A stretch of 63,230 nt of DNA, counting the filler, from a bacterium (GTDB lineage Bacteria > JALSQH01), in the NCBI GenBank assembly GCA_026985515.1. It is 6 parts of 6 records of this genome, joined end to end, with 100 filler letters (N's around TTAATTAATTAA, not from the genome) between each part and the next. Parts side by side here need not be neighbours in the genome. Positions count along the whole stretch, not along the records: positions 42,782 to 58,869 come from JALSQH010000071.1; positions 58,970 to 63,230 come from JALSQH010000072.1; 4 more parts are not named here. One strand, 5' to 3'. Numbering within the stretch: position 1 is the stretch's first letter; each line of letters begins with the position of its first letter. Positions 52,018 through 61,786 of this stretch are shown one piece after another. A model generated the notes under the pieces. The model worked only from the letters and a program-made list of their open reading frames with translations. It had not been told where the DNA came from and ran no database searches. The position numbers and the translations under genes were made by a program.

Positions 52018-54434
52018 TCTTCTACCTTTTTTACTGTATCCATTGCATCTTCACCATAAATGTCGGCACCTATTTCTTTTGCAAAATCCTCCGTAACAAC
52101 GGCACCTCCAACCATCACAGCGACATCAATTCCATTTTTCCTCAACGCCTCTATCACCCTTGGCATCTCCATCATTGTTGTCGTCATCAGGGCAGACAGA
52201 CCCACAAAATCGTACTTTTCCTTCTTTGCCTCTTCAACAATCTTCTCCGTGGGGACACTCTTTCCGAGATCCTTTACATAGTAACCATAATTCTCCAGAA
52301 GAGTGATGACGATGTTCTTCCCTATGTCATGAACATCCCCCTGAACCGTGGCAAAGAGAATTCTCCCTTTTGGTTTTTCAACTTTTTTATTTTTCAGCAT
52401 CTCCTCCTTCAATCTTTCAAAGGCAAGCTTCATCGCCCTCGCTGATTGCATGACCTGGGGGAGAAAGATCCTGCCAGCACCAAATTCTTCACCTATGTAG
52501 GAGATCCCCGGTATCAGAGCCTCATTGCTGATCTGGAGAGGTTCATATCCATCCTTCAATGCCTCCTCAACAAGAGATACAATGTTTTCCTCATCTCCCT
52601 TTATCACTGCAAGTTTAATCTGCTCTTTAATGTCAAGAGGCTTTCCCTCTTCCTGTTTTACTGGAATTTCCATCTCCCCAATCTGAGACATTGCCGAGAT
52701 ATACTTTGAAGCATTCTTATCCCTGTTGAGAAGAACAAGAGAGGCAAGAAAGGTGGATCTTACCAGTTTATCTGAAGGATTAATTATTGCAGCAGCCAGC
52801 CCCTCATACATTGCCATTGAGAGGAAAGACGAAGTTATGTAGCGTCTGTTGGGCAGTCCATACGAAATATTACTCACCCCCAGGACAGTGTTCAAGCCAT
52901 ACTTTTCCCTCACCATTTTAAGGGCTTTGATTGTTTCCATAGCCCTTTTCTGCTCCGCACTTACAGTGAGAGTCAGGGTATCAACTAAAATATCTTCTCT
53001 TTTAATTCCCGCTCTATCAGTTTCTGTGAGAATCCTATCCAGTACAGAAATTCTCCCCTCCGCTGTCTCCGGAATTCCGTTATCATCAAGGGTCAATGCA
53101 ATAAGGGCTCCTCCATACTTCTTTACAAGAGGCAGTATCTCTTCTATCTTCTTTTTCTCCCCAGAAATTGAATTAATCACCGGCTTACCATCAACCATGA
53201 GCAGAGCAACCCTGATGGCATCGGGATTTGAACTATCAATCACCACAGGTGCCTCCACTGTGCTGTTTATCGTAAAAATTGCCTTTCTCATCATCTTAAC
53301 TTCATCGACCCCTGCAGCACCAACATTTACATCCAGCAGGTCGGCACCATCCTCCACCTGTCTCAGTGCCTGGTTTCGTATGTATGTAACTTTTCCTTCT
53401 TTCAATTCGGCGGTAAAGGATTTTTTACCCGTGGGATTTATTCTCTCACCAATAATCACCGGATTGTCAGAGTTTATGACCACATACCTTGTCCTGCTTG
53501 CAACTTTAGTACCCTTTAACACTTCAATTTCTTTCCCAGGAAGGGGATCAAGTGATTCCAGTTTTTCTCTCATTACCCTTATGTGAGCAGGAGTGGTTCC
53601 ACAGCATCCAGCTATTATTCTTCCTCCAGCCTTGAGATTATCCGGTACATACTGAGCCATCTCTTCAGGTGTGGCGGGAAATATGGTTTGACCATTTTCC
53701 ACACGGGGAATCCCTGCATTGGGCTGCGATATCAGAGGAAGGTCTGTGACCCTCCCCATTCTTCTCAGAAGTTCCACTATGGTATCGGGTCCAAGCCCAC
53801 AGTTACTTCCCACCACATCCACACCAAGAGATTCAGCAACAATGGCAGTTACTTCCGGTGGTGTACCAAGAACCGTTCTTTCTCCATCATCAAAAGTCAT
53901 CATGGCAATAATTGGAAGATCGGTAAGTTCACGGATCGCAATTATTGCCGCTTTGAATTCCTTTATATCCAGCATTGTCTCAATGGAAAAGAGGTCAGTG
54001 CCCCCTGCAATTGCCCCTTCCACCTGTTCCTTGAAAATATCAATCATTTCCTCCATGGTAACATCTCCAATGGGCTCAACAAACCTTCCGGTGGGACCAA
54101 TGGAGGTGGAAACAAAATGATCCTCCCCTGCTGCCTTCCTGGCTATTTCAACTGCTCGTTCATTTATCTCAAAGACCCTATCCTGAAGCCCATACTCAGA
54201 AAGTTTAATTCTGTTTGCCCCAAAGGTATTGGTAACAACTATATCTGCTCCCGCCTCTATGTACTCTCTGTGGACCTCCTCAATCCATTCTGGATGCTCA
54301 AGGTTCAGTAGTTCGGGACATTCACCTCCCCTGAGGTACCCTTTCTGCTGGAGGTATGTCCCCATTGCTCCATCAAGAACAAGGATTTTTTCTTTAATTT
54401 CTTTTCTGAAATCTCTCCTGCTTCTCAAAGCCAT
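51984..54434 (-). CDS. metH: B12-dependent methionine synthase lacking the AdoMet reactivation domain
   Basis: LDGAMGT, GGCCGTTP-like (AGCCGTTP), IGERINPTGK, GDVHDIGKNIV, LSALMTTT; ends after cobalamin domain. Confidence 0.92.
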   Translation of the reverse strand: MALRSRRDFRKEIKEKILVLDGAMGTYLQQKGYLRGGECPELLNLEHPEWIEEVHREYIEAGADIVVTNTFGANRIKLSEYGLQDRVFEINERAVEIARKAAGEDHFVSTSIGPTGRFVEPIGDVTMEEMIDIFKEQVEGAIAGGTDLFSIETMLDIKEFKAAIIAIRELTDLPIIAMMTFDDGERTVLGTPPEVTAIVAESLGVDVVGSNCGLGPDTIVELLRRMGRVTDLPLISQPNAGIPRVENGQTIFPATPEEMAQYVPDNLKAGGRIIAGCCGTTPAHIRVMREKLESLDPLPGKEIEVLKGTKVASRTRYVVINSDNPVIIGERINPTGKKSFTAELKEGKVTYIRNQALRQVEDGADLLDVNVGAAGVDEVKMMRKAIFTINSTVEAPVVIDSSNPDAIRVALLMVDGKPVINSISGEKKKIEEILPLVKKYGGALIALTLDDNGIPETAEGRISVLDRILTETDRAGIKREDILVDTLTLTVSAEQKRAMETIKALKMVREKYGLNTVLGVSNISYGLPNRRYITSSFLSMAMYEGLAAAIINPSDKLVRSTFLASLVLLNRDKNASKYISAMSQIGEMEIPVKQEEGKPLDIKEQIKLAVIKGDEENIVSLVEEALKDGYEPLQISNEALIPGISYIGEEFGAGRIFLPQVMQSARAMKLAFERLKEEMLKNKKVEKPKGRILFATVQGDVHDIGKNIVITLLENYGYYVKDLGKSVPTEKIVEEAKKEKYDFVGLSALMTTTMMEMPRVIEALRKNGIDVAVMVGGAVVTEDFAKEIGADIYGEDAMDTVKKVEEWLKKRGDAST

Positions 54435-54443
54435 CTCCTCATC

Positions 54444-55229
54444 CTACCTTATATCTATAAGTTCAATATCCTCTATTTCTTCTCCCATAAACATTTCTCC
54501 CACTCTTTTGAAAGATTCGGGAGAATCAGTAACAAAATATTTTACCCCGCCGGAAGAATTGCTCAAGTTATTGGTAATTTTCAAATACTCTTTGATATGC
54601 CTGGCAATGGATTCTGCAGAATCAACAAGCCTTACATCACTGCCCATTACCTCAGAAATTGCTTTTTTCAATAAGGGATAGTGGGTACAACCAAGGATAA
54701 GGGTGTCCACTTTTCTATCTCTCATTTCCGCAAGGTACATTTCTGCCACTGAAAGAGTTATGGGATGATAAAACATCCCCTCTTCAGCAAGAGGTACAAA
54801 AAGAGGGGTTGCCTTCTGAAAGACCTCCACATCTGGTCTGATCTTTTTTATCTCCCTGAGATAGGAACCGCTGAGAATTGTTGACCTGGTCCCTATTACT
54901 CCTATTTTCCCCCTTGTAACAGGAACTGCTTCCTCCGCTCCGGGCCTGATAACCCCAATTACCGGGATAGACAATTCTTTTCTCAGAACATCAAGAGCAT
55001 AAGACGAAGCGGTGTTGCATGCAACCACAAGATACTTTATTCCCACCGAGACAAGAAATTTTGCATTCTGCATGGCATACTTTACGACTGTTTCGCCAGA
55101 CTTTGTTCCATATGGAACCCTTGCAGTATCACCAAGATAGTAGAAGAACTCACCTGGAAGGGCTTTTCTAAGGGCCTTGAGCACTGTGAGACCCCCTACC
55201 CCTGAATCGAAAACTCCTATACCTTCCAT
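54444..55229 (-). CDS. murI: Glutamate racemase
   Basis: FDSGVGGLTV, ACNTAS, LGCTHYP. Confidence 0.97.
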   Translation of the reverse strand: MEGIGVFDSGVGGLTVLKALRKALPGEFFYYLGDTARVPYGTKSGETVVKYAMQNAKFLVSVGIKYLVVACNTASSYALDVLRKELSIPVIGVIRPGAEEAVPVTRGKIGVIGTRSTILSGSYLREIKKIRPDVEVFQKATPLFVPLAEEGMFYHPITLSVAEMYLAEMRDRKVDTLILGCTHYPLLKKAISEVMGSDVRLVDSAESIARHIKEYLKITNNLSNSSGGVKYFVTDSPESFKRVGEMFMGEEIEDIELIDIR

Positions 55230-55237
55230 TTCTCCCT

Positions 55238-55813
55238 TTAAGCTCGAAAATCAAAAACGACTTCCAGAAACTGCTTCAGAATTCTTGCAGTGGCCCCCCA
55301 GATTACATGGTCCTGATAAAAGAAGTAATAAACGGGAAAAACTTTTCCGTTTATTTTAAGATTCCTCTCCACCCGAAAATTTCTCTCATCAAGAAGTTCC
55401 TTTACAGGAACTTCAATTATATCTTCAACCTCATCCACAGATGTTTTGAAGCGGTAAGGGTAGGGGATTACTCCCACATAAGGGGAAATCAGATATCCGG
55501 TTACAGTTATCACATCGTCAAGTTCACCCAGGATCCTGACATGCCTCTTTTCCACCCCTATTTCTTCCTGACACTCCCTCAACGCAGTGGAAAGAAGGTT
55601 GAGATCATTCTTGTTGTACTTTCCTCCTGGAAAGGAAATTTGATCTTTATGATCCCTCACCTTAGATGTCCGCTTGGTAAAAATAAGGTAGAGTTCACCA
55701 TCCTTGAGAAAAAGTGGTAAAAGGACAGCAGAGGGAATGAACCTTCTTGGATTAATGGTTCGCTTGCTGTTCTTTTTCAGTCTTTCGCTGATGAATTCAA
55801 GGATATCTTCCAT
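55238..55813 (-). CDS. Nudix CoA pyrophosphatase (NudL-like)
   Basis: SAVLLPL, FTKRT..HKDQISFPGG, ALRECQEEIG, IWGATA. Confidence 0.92.
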   Translation of the reverse strand: MEDILEFISERLKKNSKRTINPRRFIPSAVLLPLFLKDGELYLIFTKRTSKVRDHKDQISFPGGKYNKNDLNLLSTALRECQEEIGVEKRHVRILGELDDVITVTGYLISPYVGVIPYPYRFKTSVDEVEDIIEVPVKELLDERNFRVERNLKINGKVFPVYYFFYQDHVIWGATARILKQFLEVVFDFRA

Positions 55814-55821
55814 TTTAGAAT

Positions 55822-55850
55822 ATTATAACATATTCACTTTTTCCATGCCA
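55822..55850 (-). promoter_or_regulatory. Sigma70-type promoter with extended -10
   Basis: TGGCAT-17 bp-TATAAT with TGn, 8 nt before the ATG. Confidence 0.6.
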
Positions 55851-55925
55851 CAACCGGAACGAATCCTGAGAAGATGAAAGGATGGAAATAGTGGAACACA
55901 TGGAGGTGAAAACCCCATTCTTCAT

Positions 55926-56236
55926 AGCCTCCCATCGGGTCGGCTGTGAAAGTGGGTTATTCAAGTGAAGCTACTGCCACGAAGTCACACTAAACGGAGG
56001 GACAGAAGGCCGGAAAAGGGGAAAAGTGAATAAACCTTGCAGGGCGGGTGGAGACCTTCTGTCCCGGAGTGGTTCTGTGACGGAGACAGACCCGATGGGG
56101 TAAAGGCGGAGCAATCGTGGAATACCCGCAGAGGAAGACATCCTTTTTGCGGAGCCTCCCATCGGGTCGGCTGTGAAAGTGGTTTATGCAAATGAACTCA
56201 CCGCCATGGAGTCACACTTAACGGAGGGACAGAAGG
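55926..56236. repeat. Two 84-bp direct repeats (55926-56009, 56153-56236) flanking a shorter inverted copy (~56055-56107)
   Basis: 74/84 identical by manual alignment; middle carries CCTTCTGTCCC, TGTGAC and GACCCGATGGG, the reverse complements of the repeat blocks. Confidence 0.92.
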
Positions 56237-56300
56237 TAGGAAAGGGGGAAGGAAAAAGACAAACAGGGGACAGAGAAGGATAAATCCAGAAAAACCACCA

Positions 56301-56328
56301 TTGCTTGCAGTAAAAAAACAGGTATAAT
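56301..56328 (+). promoter_or_regulatory. Sigma70-type promoter of pdaD
   Basis: TTGCTT-16 bp-TATAAT, then AGGAG RBS. Confidence 0.55.
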
Positions 56329-56351
56329 TTTGCTACAAAAAGGAGAGAAAA

Positions 56352-56909
56352 ATGATCCTTGGAAGAAAATTATTCCTCACAAAAGGAATAGGCAGGCACA
56401 AGGAAAAACTGGGTAGCTTTGAGATGGCCCTCAGAGACGCCAAAATAGCCCCATACAATCTCGTTGAGGTCTCCTCAATAATCCCACCTGGCTGCGAAAT
56501 AGTTTCTGTGGAGGAAGGTCTCTCATACCTGCAACCTGGAGAAATAACATTCTGTGTTCTTGCCAGACAGCAATCGAATGAACCCAACCGTCTCATTGCT
56601 GCCTCGGTGGGACTTGCAATTCCGGCAGATAAGACAATGTATGGTTATCTCTCTGAACATCACGCTTTCGGAGAAACCGAAGAAATTGCAGGTGAATATG
56701 CCGAGGACCTTGCTGTGGAAATGCTGGCATCAACTATGGGACTTGAAATTGATCTTGATAAGGCATGGGATGAACAGAAACAGATCTGGAAAGTTTCTGG
56801 CCACATTGTCAACACTCAGAACATAACCGCAGCCACAACCGTCGGTCCCGACGGAATGTGGACTACGGTAGTAGCTGCGGCAGTCTTCACAGATTATATC
56901 TGCAAGTAA
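56352..56909 (+). CDS. pdaD: Pyruvoyl-dependent arginine decarboxylase
   Basis: [25 protein letters not shown] with Ser-Ser cleavage site, [17 protein letters not shown]. Confidence 0.92.
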   Translation: MILGRKLFLTKGIGRHKEKLGSFEMALRDAKIAPYNLVEVSSIIPPGCEIVSVEEGLSYLQPGEITFCVLARQQSNEPNRLIAASVGLAIPADKTMYGYLSEHHAFGETEEIAGEYAEDLAVEMLASTMGLEIDLDKAWDEQKQIWKVSGHIVNTQNITAATTVGPDGMWTTVVAAAVFTDYICK

Positions 56910-56914
56910 TGTAT

Positions 56915-57493
56915 TCAGAGATAGCCTGTTCCTATAAGCCAGGGAAAAGATTTTAAAATGCGGAATCGGTCGAACTGTTCAGAAAAAAGCTTACTCAACC
57001 TTGCTGGAGTAAATTGCTGGATATGTTCAGGGTGATTTCCCAGTGTGGAAATATACTTCCCCCGGAGAAAACTCCCTATTCTGAAAAATGGTTCGTGGGG
57101 AACACTGACAATAACCCCCTTTTTAGCCACCCTTTTCAACTCCGAAAGGGCTCTCCCGGGTTCGTGAAGATGCTCAAGAACCTCGAGAGACATTACCACA
57201 TCAAAGGATGAATCTTCAAAGGGCAAATTATAGATATTCCCTCCCATGAAAAGCACATTTTTCCAGTGACCTTTAGCCCACCGCAGTGCTTCAAAATTTA
57301 TGTCAACTCCAATCCTCAGCGGGACATCAATTCCTGAAATAACAAATCCCTCACCACATCCCGCCTCAAGAAGAGAATGTGGGTTAAATTCTGATACAAT
57401 TCCCCCGATTCTGATGAGGAATTTATTTATCAGCTTTCTCACCAGGGGATTCTTTGTCTGGTACTTCCTCAGATTTGAGGATTGATGACTCAT
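56915..57493 (-). CDS. Class I SAM-dependent methyltransferase
   Basis: LEAGCGEG, LPFEDSSFDVV, EVLEHL, SVPHEP. Confidence 0.88.
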   Translation of the reverse strand: MSHQSSNLRKYQTKNPLVRKLINKFLIRIGGIVSEFNPHSLLEAGCGEGFVISGIDVPLRIGVDINFEALRWAKGHWKNVLFMGGNIYNLPFEDSSFDVVMSLEVLEHLHEPGRALSELKRVAKKGVIVSVPHEPFFRIGSFLRGKYISTLGNHPEHIQQFTPARLSKLFSEQFDRFRILKSFPWLIGTGYL

Positions 57494-58424
57494 AAATAGC
57501 CTCCAGGGGATAAAACTCTCTCTGAGGGTAAAACCACCCCGATACAATCATGTCAGCTATGAATCCTGTTGTGAAAAATTGTATTCCAACTATGAGAAGA
57601 AGGATCCCAAGAAAAAAGAGAGGTCGATTTCCGATGGGTCTCACCCCGTGAAACCACAGAATAGTGAGGTAGAGCAGAATAAGGAATCCAGCAAAAGAAG
57701 AGAGGAGACCAAGACTACCAAAAAGGTGGAGAGGCCTCAAACGGTACCTCGTAATAAAAAAAACCGTGAGAAAATCAAAGAAACCCCTCAAAAATCTTTC
57801 CATACCAAATTTGGACTTACCATATTTCCTGGGATGGTGGACTACCGGTACCTCTGAAACCCTGAAACCCTTCCACGCAGCCAGAACAGGAATAAATCTG
57901 TGTAACTCTCCATAAAGTTTAATCCTCTCCACAACTTCTCTTCTGTAAACTTTAAAACCACAATTCATATCGTGGAGATTTACTCCAGTCATTTTACTGA
58001 CAAACCAGTTAAATATTCTGGAGGGAAGGGTTTTGGAAACAGGGTCTCTTCTCCTCTTTTTCCAGCATGAAACCAGGTCATACCCCTTCTCAAGATGTTC
58101 AAGGAGACGGGGAATCTCTGCAGGGTCATCCTGAAGATCAGCGTCAAGAGTTATCACGATTTCTCCCTCCACATGATCAAAACCCGCCTGCAGAGCTGCA
58201 GATTTACCACTGTTTCTCCTCAATCTTATGTACTTTAAGGGATATCTCTCAAAGAAATCCTTCACCAATTTATCAGTTCCATCAGTGCTTCCATCATCAA
58301 TTAGAATTATTTCGTAACCTTCCCCAATCTGCTCCATTACAGCTGCAATTTTCTCAAACAACTCAGGGAGATTTTCCCTCTCATTGTATGCCGGTATTAC
58401 TACAGAAAACTTTAACTTTTCCAT
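57423..58424 (-). CDS. GT2 glycosyltransferase (ArnC/DPM-like)
   Basis: SVVIPAYNE, DDGSTD, DADLQDDP, DMNCGFK, GELHRFIP, two C-terminal TM helices. Confidence 0.93.
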   Translation of the reverse strand: MEKLKFSVVIPAYNERENLPELFEKIAAVMEQIGEGYEIILIDDGSTDGTDKLVKDFFERYPLKYIRLRRNSGKSAALQAGFDHVEGEIVITLDADLQDDPAEIPRLLEHLEKGYDLVSCWKKRRRDPVSKTLPSRIFNWFVSKMTGVNLHDMNCGFKVYRREVVERIKLYGELHRFIPVLAAWKGFRVSEVPVVHHPRKYGKSKFGMERFLRGFFDFLTVFFITRYRLRPLHLFGSLGLLSSFAGFLILLYLTILWFHGVRPIGNRPLFFLGILLLIVGIQFFTTGFIADMIVSGWFYPQREFYPLEAIYESSILKSEEVPDKESPGEKADK

Positions 58425-58463
58425 CCCTTTAATCTTACAACCTGAATGGAAATATAGCAATCC

Positions 58464-58869
58464 TCATTCAGAAACTTTCCTGAAAAAGAGGAAGAAGATA
58501 AAAGAGAAAAGTATGGGGATCAGATCTCCCTCGCTCCCTCCACTTCTGCATGAGCAACCCTGCGACTCTGGTTCATAAACCACGAGTACATACTCCTGCG
58601 TATCTTCTCCACCACAATTTTCAACCTTAACAACCACTTTATGATATCCCAGATCAGATTTACGGGGATACCATGTTATGATACCTCTTGCAGGGTCTAT
58701 TCTCATCCCTTCAGGAGCCTCAATGAGTTCGTAACTGAGCCCATATCCAGACGCTTCCACTTTATACACATACTTCTTCCCAACCTGTGCACTGGTGGGA
58801 GGAATGGAAAATATCTGGGGAGGGGATAACTTAAAATCGGGATCAACTATGAAATTTATTTTTGCATAG
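58464..58869 (-). CDS. Surface protein C-terminus: Ig/cadherin-like domain plus MYXO-CTERM-like tail (5' partial)
   Basis: APEGMRIDPARGIITWYP; GCSCRSGG, TM helix, RK. Confidence 0.78.
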
Positions 58870-58969
58870 NNNNNNNNNNNNNNNNNNNNNNNNNNNNNNN
58901 NNNNNNNNNNNNNTTAATTAATTAANNNNNNNNNNNNNNNNNNNNNNNNNNNNNNNNNNNNNNNNNNNN
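58870..58969. other. Artificial contig linker
   Basis: N run with central TTAATTAATTAA. Confidence 0.98.
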
Positions 58970-59057
58970 ATTATTTGCAGTCAGGTGCAAAAAAATGAGA
59001 AACGACACTCAAGTTTGGTCGAGCAAAAAGGGGTGGTAACATCCTGAGGAGTTTTGC

Positions 59058-60638
59058 ATGGTGCTTGATCCGATCAGGCTTGAAATATTCAACCAAATCC
59101 TTTCATCCATTGCAGAGGAGATGGGGGAGCTTCTTGGCAGAACAGCCTTTTCTCCAAACATAAAGGAGAGGAAAGACTATTCATGCGCCATTTTCAATCA
59201 TAGAGGGGAACTCATTGCTCAGGCTGCCCACATACCGGTACATCTTGGCTCAATGCCGCTATCCGTAAAAAGCGCAATAAAGTTAATTGATTCCATTAAT
59301 GAAGGAGACATAATCATACTCAACGACCCCTACAATGGTGGAACCCATCTTCCAGATGTGACTGTAATAAGACCGGTTTTTATAGGTGACAGGTTGAAAT
59401 TTTTCGTTGCAAACAGGGCACACCACTCAGATATTGGAGGTATAACTCCCGGCTCAATGCCACTGGCAAGTGAACTGATACAGGAGGGAATCATAATTCC
59501 CCCCGTAAAACTCTATTCCCGGGGAGAGATCAACAGAGACATCCTTTCCCTCATCCTTGCAAATGTGAGAAATCCTGAGGAGAGAAGAGCCGACCTCAAT
59601 GCCCAGACAGGAACCCTTCTCTATGGTGAAAAAAGAATAAAGGAAATTGTCGAAAAATATGGGGAAGATGAGGTTGACAGGTATCTATCAGGACTTATAA
59701 ATTACACATCTAAAATGGTGGAGAATCTGATCAGAAAAATTCCTCAAGGAAAAAGATTTTACTTTGAAGATTTCCTTGACAATGACGGCATCAGCGATGA
59801 GCCGGTTAAAATTTCAGTAAAAATTTACAGAAAAAATAACAAACTTTTCTTTGATTTCACAGAAAGTGATCATCAGAGGAGGGGGAGTGTAAACAGCGTT
59901 AAAGCAGTTACAATTTCCGCAGTCCTTTATGTGATCAGGTCCCTTCTCCCACAGGGAACCCCTACCAATGAAGGCCTGATGAAAAACATTGAAGTCATAA
60001 CCAGAGAGTGTTCTGTTGTGGATGCATGTCCCCCCTCTGCTGTCAGTGCGGGTAATGTGGAAACATCGCAGAGAATAGTGGATGTGGTTCTTGGTGCTCT
60101 GTATCAGGCATTTCCCGAAACGATACCCGCTGCCTCCCAGGGAACGATGAACAACATAGCCTTTGGAAACAGCAGTTTCACCTTTTATGAAACAATTGGT
60201 GGAGGAATGGGAGCATCAAAGGAACACGATGGAGAATCAGCCATTCATTCCCACATGACCAATACCCTGAACACACCCATTGAAGCAATGGAACTTCTCT
60301 ACCCTGTAAGAATAAGAAAGTACCAGATAAGAAAAAACAGCGGTGGAAAAGGTTTGAAAAAAGGGGCAGATGGAATAATCAAGGAAATAGAATTTCTCAC
60401 AGATGTTGAACTAACCCTCATCAGTGAAAGGAGGAAATTCCAGCCATACGGTCTTGCAGGGGGAGAGGGAGGAAAAAGGGGAGAGCAGTACATCATTTAT
60501 TCTAATGGGAAAAAAGAGAAATTACCCGGGAAATTTCAGAAGTCATTGGAGAAGGGGGAAATCCTGCACATAGAAACCCCCGGAGGAGGTGGATGGGGTG
60601 GTAACAGCATCTCCTCCGGAGGCCCCGATTTATTATAA
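59058..60638 (+). CDS. Hydantoinase B/5-oxoprolinase family protein
   Basis: SPNIKERKDYSCA, HIPVHLGSM, NDPYNGGTHLPD, RAHHSDIGG, TPGGGGWG. Confidence 0.94.
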   Translation: MVLDPIRLEIFNQILSSIAEEMGELLGRTAFSPNIKERKDYSCAIFNHRGELIAQAAHIPVHLGSMPLSVKSAIKLIDSINEGDIIILNDPYNGGTHLPDVTVIRPVFIGDRLKFFVANRAHHSDIGGITPGSMPLASELIQEGIIIPPVKLYSRGEINRDILSLILANVRNPEERRADLNAQTGTLLYGEKRIKEIVEKYGEDEVDRYLSGLINYTSKMVENLIRKIPQGKRFYFEDFLDNDGISDEPVKISVKIYRKNNKLFFDFTESDHQRRGSVNSVKAVTISAVLYVIRSLLPQGTPTNEGLMKNIEVITRECSVVDACPPSAVSAGNVETSQRIVDVVLGALYQAFPETIPAASQGTMNNIAFGNSSFTFYETIGGGMGASKEHDGESAIHSHMTNTLNTPIEAMELLYPVRIRKYQIRKNSGGKGLKKGADGIIKEIEFLTDVELTLISERRKFQPYGLAGGEGGKRGEQYIIYSNGKKEKLPGKFQKSLEKGEILHIETPGGGGWGGNSISSGGPDLL

Positions 60639-61226
60639 CTTGTCTTTCTCTCTTAAATACTTTTCTCTAAGCTCCGCCCCGTAGAACATTCCGGCTGCCA
60701 TTATTGCAACGATGATTATAACTACCCAGTGATTCACACCAAAAACTTCAGGTAAGGTGATTCTTCCCAGTTTGCCAGCATAGTACAGTGATTTGAAAAT
60801 GGAGAATAACCCTCCAAAAACCCACATCCCACTCAACATTCCCAGAACAACAAAAAGTGCATCAATACTTCCAGATGCAAGAGAAACTACCGAAGTTCCT
60901 GGGCAGTAACCCGTCAGCATAAAACCCACACCGAATAGAAGTCCCCCCACCAATTGAGAGATCCAGAAGGTTTTTGAAAAATATACCCTTCCAATATCTA
61001 TGAGGCCCACATCCGAGAGGAAGTAAAGGCCCACAGAAGCAACCACTATTGCCGTGAACATAACTTTAAGCACAGCAAAATCATCAAAGTAGAAAACGCC
61101 TGTTAGCTTTTTCGTTGAAATGAAACCAGCCCTTTCTAGAACAGCACCAAACATCATTCCAATTATAATTGTAACTATTATGTAAACTGCATGGGATGGA
61201 TGACTTATTTTAAATAAAGGCCCCAT
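60633..61226 (-). CDS. YeeE/YedE-family sulfur-compound transporter half
   Basis: FGAVLERAGF, GGLLFGVGF..GYCPGT. Confidence 0.88.
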   Translation of the reverse strand: MGPLFKISHPSHAVYIIVTIIIGMMFGAVLERAGFISTKKLTGVFYFDDFAVLKVMFTAIVVASVGLYFLSDVGLIDIGRVYFSKTFWISQLVGGLLFGVGFMLTGYCPGTSVVSLASGSIDALFVVLGMLSGMWVFGGLFSIFKSLYYAGKLGRITLPEVFGVNHWVVIIIVAIMAAGMFYGAELREKYLREKDKL

Positions 61227-61229
61227 AAT

Positions 61230-61742
61230 TCACCTCCACATTTTTTTGATTATTACGGCAGTAATTGGTCCAGCAAAAAAGAAACTGAAGGCAAAGATCC
61301 AGCTCCCCACAACTAACTCTGCTCCCCCGGTTAGAGCCTGCCCACTTGTACACCCCCTTGAAAATCTCGTAGCTATCGCCAGGATAATCCCGCCTATAAA
61401 TGCCCAGATCAGCCTTTTTCCTTTGCTAAACCTGGGACCATACTGTGTTCTCACTTTAAAATCACCGGCAATAAGGGATGCTATCAGACCACCCATAAAA
61501 ACACCAATAACAAGATAAATTAGAAAATTATCAAGTGGGAATCTTCCATGATAAAAATACTTGTGCCAGTAGGGATGTGACGAAATGGCATCAGGGGAAA
61601 ATGGATATAGAATTGCAGCTGCCAATCTGTCAAAAAACCCTGACGCACCGAGACCTCTACCGAAAATATAGAATGTCAGTAAAAGTACAAGACCAAGCAA
61701 AAACCCGCTTAAATAGGGATTCCAGAACCTCTCGTCCTTCAT
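61230..61742 (-). CDS. YeeE/YedE-family sulfur-compound transporter half
   Basis: WNPYLSG, GLGASG, RFSRGCTSGQAL. Confidence 0.88.
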   Translation of the reverse strand: MKDERFWNPYLSGFLLGLVLLLTFYIFGRGLGASGFFDRLAAAILYPFSPDAISSHPYWHKYFYHGRFPLDNFLIYLVIGVFMGGLIASLIAGDFKVRTQYGPRFSKGKRLIWAFIGGIILAIATRFSRGCTSGQALTGGAELVVGSWIFAFSFFFAGPITAVIIKKMWR

Positions 61743-61743
61743 C

Positions 61744-61775
61744 GTGCACCTCCTTTTTCACAAAAGGAGGTGCAC
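61744..61775 (-). promoter_or_regulatory. Perfect 14-bp hairpin sequestering the Shine-Dalgarno of the yeeE-like gene
   Basis: Minus strand reads GTGCACCTCCTTTT-GTGA-AAAAGGAGGTGCAC-G-ATG. Confidence 0.75.
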
Positions 61776-61786
61776 CGTCTATGCCA

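Noticed and set aside
55926-56236. CRISPR array, guanidine-I (ykkC) riboswitch or 6S RNA
   Set aside because: Only two direct copies with similar middles and no cas genes. ACGGAGGGACAGAAGGCCGG faintly resembles the ykkC 3' end and pdaD is downstream, but the 5' consensus is absent and a promoter lies between. The duplicated arm does not fit 6S RNA
57423-57493. ~70-nt overlap of the glycosyltransferase and methyltransferase genes as recoding
   Set aside because: Both proteins look complete; simple C-terminal run-on explains it
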